Shown here one piece after another: positions 14,853-26,200 of a DNA stretch of 64,000 bases. The first letter of the stretch is position 1. Every line of letters starts with the position of its first letter. The notes beneath the pieces are model-generated. The model searched no databases. It was not told the DNA's origin and worked only from the letters and a program-made list of their open reading frames with translations. The stretch is taken from positions 496,001 to 560,000 of the forward strand of contig NC_043021.1 of the NCBI RefSeq assembly GCF_006345805.1, given 5' to 3'. The translations under genes were made by a program, and so were the position numbers. The DNA is from Octopus sinensis. Lineage: Eukaryota.

Positions 14853-16654
14853 GGCCATGCATTTTCTGGGGTGAAGTTTATTGACTCAAACTTTATATTA
14901 ACAACTCCAGTAAAAGGTAAAGTTCACCCCAACTGGATTTGAACTCTGAACAGACACAGGAGTGGCTGTGTAACTTAGGCACAGGAGTGGCTGTGTGGTA
15001 ATAAATTTGTTTACCAACCACATGGTTCCTGCGTGGTACCTAGGGCAAGTGTCATCTACTATAGTCTTGGGCCGACCAAAGCCATGTGAGTGGATTTGAT
15101 AGGCAGAAACTGAAAGAAGCTCGTCTATATGTATGTATTTGTGTGTCTGTGCTTGTTTGCCCACCATTGCCTGACAGCCAATGTTGGTGTGTTTACATTC
15201 CCAAACTTAGTGGTTCAGCAAAATAAACCGATAGAATAAGTACCAGGCTTACAAAGAATAAGTCCTGGGGCGATTTGCTCGACTAAAGGCGGTGCTCCAG
15301 CATGGATGCAGTCAAATGACTGAAACAAGTAAAAGAATATATACATTATTTAGACAACATAAATACCAGAAAATATTTGTCCAATACTCTACAGATTTCT
15401 GGCAGCCCTCTCAACGAGTTCAAATATAGAGAGAAGGCCAGGAAGTTGGGGAGAGGGCTAGCATTTACTTTATATACCCTGAACAAATATTAAGGATGTG
15501 GATCGCATAATTAATATAATGGCTATAAATGGGATTAGTGAATGTCAAAGTAGGAGACACTATAAACTTTACAAACTGAGAGAGTAAGTGGATCATCTCT
15601 AAGTAAGGGAGACTACTCGGTATTGATGAAGGGAGGTAACTTGGTCTAACAACAAAATAGCAATTTGAACAGACGTAAGCGATCTCTGTGTGACAGGGGC
15701 AGCTAATGTCGGCTAAGTATACGGGGAACGAAGGAGGGTTAACACTATGAATATTCGCGGGTTACAATGACGTCAAGAGACTTGTAATATGTGGGAGAGG
15801 GTTAACATTTTGTGGGTTAATACTTCATTCAAGGATTATATGGTTTGACCAACTCCCCCATTTATGTGAAGTTAAAACACTCAATGATTTCATGGGTTAA
15901 CAGCCCACATTTAATTAATGTAGGCTAATACTGCATTCAAGAGTTAACCCCCAACTCCAATCAATTATATGGGTTAATATTACATTCAATGGCTAAATGG
16001 GTTAAACCACCATCACCCCCTTTCATTTAAGTGTATTAACAGCATTCAATTACCACATGGGTTAACCTCACATCATTTATCTGGGTTAACACGACGTTCA
16101 ATTATTTTAGCTTCTACAACAATAAAATAGGTTAATATCAAACAGGTAATGGTTGTTACAATACAAAAAAATCAAGTGGGATAACATAAAATGTAGGCAT
16201 GGCAAGAATAATATAACCCAGATGTGAAGTGTAAAGGGGCTAACACTTACTTGTTATCCTTCAGTACTCTTCTCCAGCTTTCATAAAGGTCAGGGTCAGC
16301 ACGCTTTATGTCTTTCAATCTTCCCTGACATTTGATTTGGTGACGATTCACAACAATTATCTGCAGAGAAACAAAACACGTATTACTATTGTGTGGGAGG
16401 AGGGGGGACATGCATGTGTAGAAATTACTATCGTGTGTAAATGTGTGTGTGTTCTTTTACTTTCAGCTATTTGACTGTGGCCATGCTGGAGCACCGCCTT
16501 GAAGGGTTTTAGTCGAACAAAATGACCCCAGAACTTATTTTTCAAAGCCTAGTAACTTATTCCATCAGTTACTTTTGCTGAACCACTAAGTAATGAGGAT
16601 GTAAACACACCAACACTGATTGTCAAGCGGTGGTAATAGGGGACAAACACACAC

Positions 16655-16733
<79 letters not shown>

Positions 16734-17222
16734 GACGGGCTTCTTTCAGTTTCAGTCAACCAAATTCACTCACAAGGCTTCGGTTGACCAGAGGCTATAG
16801 TAGAAAACATCTGCCCAAGGTACCACAATGGGACTGAACCCAGAACAATGTGGTTGGTAAGCAAGCTTCTTACCACACAGCCACGCCTGTATATATTTGT
16901 ATGAATGTGTGTGTATAGTGTACAAAACACTATTATGTGTATACATGTGTGTGTGAAAGGTGTAGGTGTATCTAGGAGTTTATCTGACTGTGTACGTGTG
17001 TCTGTGTTTGTATAAGTATACATGGCAGAGTTGGTGTGTACTGAATGAACAGGGAGCAAGTATGAGTAGATGAGTGCATATAAGTGTGTGTATATGAAAG
17101 TATGGACAGAGATGTAAATATGAAATTGTATATGTATGTATATGAAAGTGTGTGCGTGTGTGACATACAACACTCATCTTCTGACATTATACAATCAGAC
17201 ATACACTCCATTCTCTCCATAT

Positions 17223-17281
<59 letters not shown>

Positions 17282-20200
17282 AGTCACAAATTACAGAAAT
17301 ATTTAGATGAAATTATATATAAAAGTTAAAAAATTCTAATTTTACGGCAAATTGTTTCATAACTGAAAAACGTAAATAATTTATATTATCATATTTAATA
17401 TTTAATGATAAATAAATAAGTTACACCCAAACAAATACACACACACACACACATTTATGCAACATGGTAACATCAACAACAATAATGTAAAACAATGTCT
17501 GTGAAAGGAACTGACCTGATAAGCATTGTAGATGTGAGGAATTTGTGGAGAGACAAGGATAACTGTACGTTTTCTTCTGATCATGCTGCGTACCACTGCC
17601 TCCTCAAAAACATTGCGTCCAAGGTGATGCTCTATCTTGGAGAATGGATCATCCTGGGAACAGAACACGTTTAAATATGTTTTAAAGTTCAAATCTTGTT
17701 TGAAGCAGCTTTTCTTTATTTCCACCCTTGGGGAAAATGAAACTGTGACCTCGGCCTACAATGTGTTTTTTTTTTTATATCCATGACCCTTTTTAGAACT
17801 TTCATGACCAGTTGGATTGGGGAGGAGACAAGGAGAGGGTTTAACCTTCAGACCAGACATTTTGTTAGAATGCTTACAACAAAGTAGACACCTGTAAAGA
17901 ACAGCCAAGGACCAGGTGCTGGTGTTAAACTTGCAAATGGATCGATGATGATGATGATGATGTGAGTTGTTAAGTTCAACTCAATCTTTAACCCCCTAAA
18001 ATAGAAATGTAGCAGCCAGTAAATGGATAACTGGAAGAGTCCATGTAAAGAAGGTGGGTAGATTATGCTTACCATAATAATTGTGTTTGCTGAGGAATAG
18101 AGAGCTCTCGCAAGAGAGATACGCTGTTTCTGACCTTCTGTCAGTAAGATACCCTGAAAATAAAGACAAAATAAAAAGTAATAATTAAAAAGGTGATGTT
18201 GTTTGGTTGGTTGAGCCAGTTCCCACTTCTCACTTGCATCATCTTTATCTTTTAATAATATTTTTTAAAAATCAAGATTTAGCTTCTCAGAACTGCAATT
18301 AAATGAACAACAAAACAATTCCTAGAGATTTTTTTTTTCTACTCTAGGTACAAAGCCTGAAATTTTGGGGGAAGGGGCCAGTCGATTGGATCGACCCCAG
18401 TATGCAACTGATACTTAATTTATCGACTCGGAAGGGATGAAAGGCAAATTCAACCTCGGCAAATTTCATAGAGAATATTGCTACAAACGTGAGCAACACT
18501 GAATCGGAAGATCTAGTCTTCAGGGAAGCAACAGAAATAAATAAATGATGATGATGATGTTGGTGGTAGTAGTAATAATATTTGTTTCAAATTTAAGCCA
18601 GTAATTTTGAGGGGAGGGGATGTTAATCAAGACCATTGTCCCGCGTACTTGACCGGTACTTTATCAAGTCCAAAAGGATGAAAGACAAAGTTGACTGATA
18701 GGATTTGATCTCAGAACACAAAGTGCCCACAACAAATGCCACAAAACATTTTCCCCAACACTCTAATGATTCTGCCAGCTTGCCACCTTTGGCCACCAAT
18801 TTTTGAGGGGATGTAATTCAAAATATAAACAACTAGCAGTATCGCCCGGCGTTGCTCGGGTTTGTAAGGGAAATAATTATATAAGCATTTTTAGAGATGT
18901 AAAGTATAATAGCCATCTCAATATGGCTAACCACAAAGGGGGAGGGGTGTTACTGTAGCTTTTTACGTTCTGAGATTTAATAATAAATTTTAGAGAGTTA
19001 CTTCCCTTATATATGTCAAAAATGGATTAAAAATGGGAAAAATTGATGGTAAATTTTTTTTTAAATCGTAGACTCATCGTAGACGCGCGCTAATACCCAG
19101 ACAGTCTCGATATGAATCACGACTATAAGATACCCGGTTTTGGTTAAACTGCACCGCAAAATGTGGGAGTAGTTAGGAATCTAAATCGTAGGAGACAGAC
19201 ACACAACCTCACTTTTATATATAAAGATTTCCTCTATTTACATAATATTGAGGTCTCTTTCTTTCTTTTGTTATCTTACTGTTTTTACCAATATACATAT
19301 ATATATATATATATAAATATATATATAGTTACAGAGATGTACTTGCATAGCAAGTGACTTGATCTGAGATCGTGTGCTGGAACGAAAACAGTTGCAGCGT
19401 TGAAGGTGTTTATAAGCCATTTAAGAAACACACAAAAACCGTTAGATTCACTTCAACATTTAAATTTAATTTGTGAAAATATTTTCGTCGCTTTGAGACC
19501 GCGACCTGTTAGCACGATATTTTTGTCAGTGAACAGGTCGCGGTCTGAAAGCGACGAAAATATTTTGGCAAATTAAATTTAAATGTTGAAGTGAATGTAA
19601 CGGTTTTTGTGTGTTTCTTAAATGGCTTACAAACACCTTCCACGCTGCAATATATATATACACACATATATATATATGTATGTATGTATGTATGTGTGTA
19701 TATGTGTATGCATGTATGTGTGTGTGTGTGCGTGTCTGTGCTTGTGATTGTCCTCCACCACTGCTTGACAACGAATGTTGGTTTGTTTACATCCCTGTCA
19801 CCTAGTGGTTTGACAAAGGAAACAGATAGAATAAGTACAATGCTTACAAAAATAAAACTGGAGTTGATTCATTAAACTACAATTCTTCAAGGCATTGCCC
19901 CAGCATGGCCACAGACCAATGGCTGGAAAAAGCAGAAGAATAAAAGAATACATTCTCTGCTTTGGTCATATGTTGAAGGCATGAGAAAGCTTGAGTTTAC
20001 ATGAGAAGGCCTAACAGACCTGGTAGAAACAGCAGCCAAATCTCCCTCAAATCACACCTTACTGTCTTATGTATGTATATATATATGAGCCAATGAGGGG
20101 GACCTCTACATGGTAGCTAGACCTGGTAGAAATAGCAGCCAAATTTTCCCCAAATCACACCTTACTGTCTTATCTATGTATATATGTATGTATGAGCCTA

Positions 20201-23200
20201 TGAGGGAGACCCCTACATGGCAGCTAGACCTGGTAGAAATAGCAGCCAAATTTCCCCCAAATCACACCTTACTGTCTTATCTATGTATATATGTATGTAT
20301 GAGCCTATGAGGGAGACCCCTACATGGCAGCTAGACATGGTAGAAATAGCAGCCAAATCTCACTCAAATCACACCTTACTGTCTTATCTTTCTGCTACTT
20401 GGATATAGGTGTTATATTCGTCGTAAAAAAACTTTCCTGTCACACACTCACGCACACGCACACACACACACACACACACACGCACCCTCACACACACACA
20501 CACACCCACTCACACACACGCACGTTAGCTTACAATTTTATTTATATATTTGCGTGTCTGTGTGGAAAGAGGAAGTGGGAGGCAGAGTGAAAGAATCACT
20601 CACTACAGTAAGTCAATTACTTTCATTTTATTCGTTGCCCACTGTGTGTGTGCGTTTGCGTGTGCTGTAAACCAGACTAAGAAAAGCATTTGACACACAC
20701 ACCAGAATGTGAGTTTTCTGTAAATTTTGCTTAACTGGAGTTTAAATTTTAAAAACTGGACCTGGCATGACGCGATGCATTGTACTCTTAAAAATGCAAG
20801 GTAAATTGTAATTGAAGAAATCCTATATTGTAGATTTGTATAACTCCCAAAGGGAGGCAGATAAAATCTGCCTTTTATAATAAGAGATAACAAACCATAA
20901 AATAAATTTTTGTTTTTCAAAACAGTAAGAGGGAAAATAGTGTTTATTTTTGTCTAATTCCACTTTATTCAGATTTGAAAAGTTTCCTCCTACTTTTCTG
21001 AATGTTAAAGTCTTTGATCAGATCCTCAAAATTAATCTCAGGTAACACATCTGCATCTATACTTAGTAGAGATAAAGGCATCCCAAATATTATTTTAGCA
21101 ACTTTAAAGTGATTTCTTTTGTGCAGTAAACCATTTACCATTTCTGTGGTACCCCCTCCTTCCCTTGATGCCCTAAGCATGCGCTTATTTTGCTTAATGG
21201 TTAATCCAGAGCTGGTGGAGACCCATTTGCTACTCTCAACAGACCATATTATTCTACAGTAGCATCTCTTCATTGGCTGAACACTCAAAGTATGGCTCTA
21301 AATATAACAATAATGAGATGATTGACTCATCGACCTACCTGATCACCAACTTCTGTTCGGTCTTTGGCTGGCCACAAAGTCAGGTCTGTGTTCAGAGAAA
21401 CAGCATGGAGTACTTTTTTATATCTGCAATAAGCAACAAGTACTTTAGAGAGACACACACAGATACCACCCAATACATTATGTAAACACATACACACACC
21501 ACCACTGCCACCCAATCCAGTCCCCAATTCCTTATGGTTATTCATAGTACTTAATACTGAAGGTCTTCTCCATCAATTATGGATTCTTTGATGAGCATAC
21601 ATCCCAAACTGTTGACGTTTAACTTTATATTCTCCAAAGTTGATGTACCAATCCTGTCTCTTTCAACAGCAAGAAAACACAACTGCCACTCACACCAAGG
21701 AAACAGCACTGCAGCACACACACACACAGAGTTTCATAAAAAAAAGACTAAACATATTCAAAAAAACACTTACTTTCTATAATTGTATGGTTGACCAAAA
21801 AGTATGTTTTCTTGGACTGTGGCATTCATGAGCCAAGGTGGTTGTGAACAATATGCCAATGTACAGGCTCTGTAAGGAAACAGATTAATCAGTTAATTAT
21901 AATAACAAGTAAGAATGATATTAGTGAAAGAGGTTGTTGTGTTAACTTTACTGTTAGTGACTACAAATGGATAGCAAATTGTTGCAACAAAACTGTTAAG
22001 GATCATTTCTAATTAAACGGCAGAATATGTTATGAATGTATATCTCTGTCACTCTTGTTTCAATGTTTAATTTTTCAAATTTGCCTGATTTGGACAGAGT
22101 TGATTGAGGTATATTTTCTACAGCTGAATGACCTTCCTGTTGACAGCTCTTACCAATTTCCAAGCAAGGAAATAGTTATACATTGTTAGACATGTTTCTG
22201 CAGAATATTAGAAATGAATGACACCACCAGTATGGAAGTGATTCTCGTTTACAACTATTACATGATATCAAGACAAAGAGACACACACAATGTATGTGTG
22301 GGTCACACAGTGGGACTGAACCTGCAACCATGTGGTTGAGAAGCAAACTTCTTTACCACACAACCGTTTCCAATTCATTATATAAGAAATAAGAGATTGC
22401 ACAACCTAGTGATTAGGGTGTTGCACCAACAATCACAAGAATGTGGGTTCATTTCCTAGACCGGGTGGCGTGTTGTGTTCTTCAGTAAAACACTCCATTT
22501 CACTTTTGTCTGCGATCACTTCGACATCTGACATGTGACACACTTGTGCACCTGTACAGGTAATGACAATTTGATGGTGGGAGTAAGAGCTTTGGTGCAA
22601 CACAAACACTTGACTGCTAGAAACAAATCATTTGGGAAGGTTGTTCGGCAAGAAATTGCAGAATTGTCTTTCTCAGACTTGTGAGAGGCTACCATTCATA
22701 CATATAATGTAATGCTGGCTAAATTAGTGAATAAGTGAGAAAGCTGTTACTTATTTTCATATTAGGATAGGGACATAATTTCTGCAGTCTCTGTAACTCT
22801 ATAAACATATTAAGTGTAAAGCTATTTATTACTGCCACATGTTAGGAGTTCAATACAAAACAAAGTAATTAACATGAAGCATGAAAATACATCATTAAAC
22901 CTTTTTAAAAACTGTTTTAATGTTTGTTCATGACATGGGCATGTGTTTGGTCTGAGCTCACAAGGGTAGGATAGGTCAACACAACAAACAACAATAACAA
23001 TTATAACAACAATATATTTGGCATTGATACCACATCAAAGACATGCAGTCCACTCTGTAAAGTGGTTGGCATTAGGAAGGGCAGTATCCAGTCATAGAAA
23101 CAATATCAAAGCAGACAGTGGAACCTGGTGCAGTTTTCTGGCTTTCCAGCTTCTTTGGAATCATCCGATCCATGCCAGCATGGAAATTGAATATTAAATG

Positions 23201-26200
23201 AAGATGATGAAAACATACACACACACACAGACAGAGAAACATAGAAACATACCTGTTCCACTCCATGACTCCAGAATCCAAGACCATTTCCCCCAACATG
23301 GCTGATAACAATGTTGATTTGCCTGACCCAGAGGGACCAGTTATTATTGTCATCTTACCTACAGAATAGAACAACAACAGTAGTAGTAGTAGCAGCAGCA
23401 ACAGTAGTAGCAGCGGCAGCAGCATGTGGTGGTGGTGCCTACAGTAATGATGGTACCAGAGACTACCAAATATCTCCAACATCACCATTAGTGTCCAAGT
23501 GAAGCAACATCATTCACATCCTTCACCACCCATCCCTCATCCCCCATGCAAACCCTCAAATATTCTTAAAAGGTTAACCTTTCACATCACTAACCCATGC
23601 ATTCTCCGCTCCAAATTAGACCTCTACACCCTCAACCACCATCTAATACAACCACCACCACCACACAACTCATACACCTGGCAGAAATTAGATGGTGGTT
23701 TCAACAATAATCTTCCCAAATTTACCATCAACATCAACATTTTCAATTCCTTTTCCTACAATCCACTTATACAAAAATACCTGAAACTGCCTTAAACTTT
23801 TTGAGACACATGGTGTTTTGGTTTGTGTAGCCAAAAAAAGACCAAAATCGTTTTTTTTTTTTTTGTTGAGATTGAAACTGATGGGTACATGAAGAAAACA
23901 AAGGATAAAGTGCCTAAAACTATTTTATTAGTATGTAAAACTAAATATATATTATGAAAGCTTATAAATAATACAAAATATCTACCACAATAAGAAAACC
24001 TACAACAAAATACATATAAATATAGAAAATAATAAGCATAAATGTGCGTGAAAAAAAACAAAACATTATGTACCAAAAGACGATCTCTGATTGGCTATTA
24101 CACTTCAAAATCAACCATTCACAATATTTGTTTCAGTGGTCTGATGCACCAACCTCAAAGTCTTTTCAGCTTGTATCCTTTGGGCCAATCAATCGGCCCA
24201 AGTGTCCCAAGATGGTTAAGAAACAGCACAAAATGCTGCCCATCAAACTGTGGAGCCACTGAGCCTATGTTGTGTACATGAACAACACTTCCAGAACATG
24301 CATTTTCTCAGAGAACCACAATGATCCTCCTCATACCTATCCCTACATGACCTCCCCCAACTACACAGCCTCGTAATGCAGATGACACTCACATCTGCTT
24401 ATCATTTACCAAACGTCTGCACAATTATTCTTTTATATAAACCACAGAGAAACTTGGCTCCACTTACCAAATTTACTGTCTCCTTTCTTATCAGCAACAC
24501 CAGACACAACCAAATACAGCCAACCATGACATTCAGTATCACGCATACACACACACACACATATATATATATAGAGAGAGAGAGAGAAAGAGAAAGAGAA
24601 AGATAAAAGGCAGAAATACTAGGAGATATATACATAAGTTTCAAAGGCGTGGCTGTATAGTAAGTAGTTTGCTTCCCAACCACATGGTTCCAGGTTCAAT
24701 CCCACTGCGTGACACCTTGTCATGCATATCTATATGCATATACATTTGTGTCTGTGTTTGTCCCACCCCCACCCGCCATCATTGCTTGGCAACTGGTGTT
24801 GGTATGTTTACATCCCCATAACTTAGCGGTTCGGCAAAAGAACCAACAGAATAAATACTAGGCTTTAAGAAAATAATATTCAGAATAATCAGAGACAATA
24901 AAGTCAAAGTAAAGTTTACCTTCCTGAGTCTTGCCGACTCATAAGGGGCCGGTTTCCCAGTTTCTATGGCATATATATTCCCCCACCTGGAAGGGATGCC
25001 AGTCCTTCACAGGATAACTCATTTTTGACAGCTGAGTGGACTGGACCAATGTGAAATGAAGTGTTTTCCCTCAAGAACACAACGCATCACCCAGTCCAGG
25101 AATTGAAATCACAATTTTACAATTATGAGTCCAACACTCTAACCTCTAAGCCATGTGCCTCCACAGAGACAATAAAGAGGGCAAAACAACACACAAACAG
25201 GTAGCACTTTTGATCAACAGAAAGAACTGACAAACTACATGTTGGATCCCACATGGCTAACAGCAGTCCTACTTGTGACTTGTCATCTCCATAACAAAAC
25301 AACATGCTATGCCTTATAACTGGTTCAATAGGGAGCACAGCCACAGACCAACTACAACAAAATAAAAATATTAAAATTGTAACTGGCTCAGTTTATTGTC
25401 ACAACAGCTTTGGCTTTCATAGACCCTGCATTATGTAACTTTTAAACCAGCCCAAATATTCTACCAGTTTTATGTTGAAACTGGCCAGATCCAGCCTCTC
25501 CCGCCTACCCTACAATGTCATTCTAAAAGTGAACAGTCATAACATCAAAATCTTAAAGCTATGAGATAACGCATGATTAATTGAAAACAATAAGAATAAA
25601 TAAGGATTCCATTTGACAGAGTAATTTGAATGCTGAAGGGTTAAAAAAAAATGGTCACCTTAAACTAGCCCAACACACAAAGATATAAAACAGTCCAGAA
25701 CAACATCCTAAAAGCACCATGTCTGCTATTCAGCCCTGGCAAACATAACACACACACACCACACCACACCACACCACACCACACCACACCACACCACACA
25801 GAGAAATAGCTGCAACATCAACTGTTTCATTGGCCTCAAACATTCTGCTGGGATGTACAGCAGCACCAAGTGTGGAGGATGAGCAACTGTTGTGCTGTGA
25901 CCAAGTGTCCTTCACCCCACCACCACTGCTGCTGTGGCTGCTACCAGAATCTGCTGGTAGACAGAAAGAGAATGCACAGTCCCCACCGTCATACTTACAC
26001 CCCTTACCAATTTATCACTGCACGTTGAAGCATGCTTTTATGGTCCTGGGGACACACAGAAACATAGCATGACTGAGATGAAGGCCCTGTTGGTAATTTG
26101 GCCTGAATGCTATGCGACGACTGCCCAAACAGAGCTCACCTGGGGCAACACAACCACCACCATTATTACACTTTGCTGCCAAAAGTGATGATGAAGAAGA

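Larger units (their letters stand above)
18833..20887 (-). mobile_element. Composite non-autonomous Helitron (inner unit 18833-19227)
   Basis: 5' TC termini at 20887 (TCTCTTATTATAAAAG) and 19227 (TCTTTATATATAAAAG); 3' hairpin CCCGAGCAACGCCGGG then CTAG at 18833; inserted at A|T with no TSD. Confidence 0.8.
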
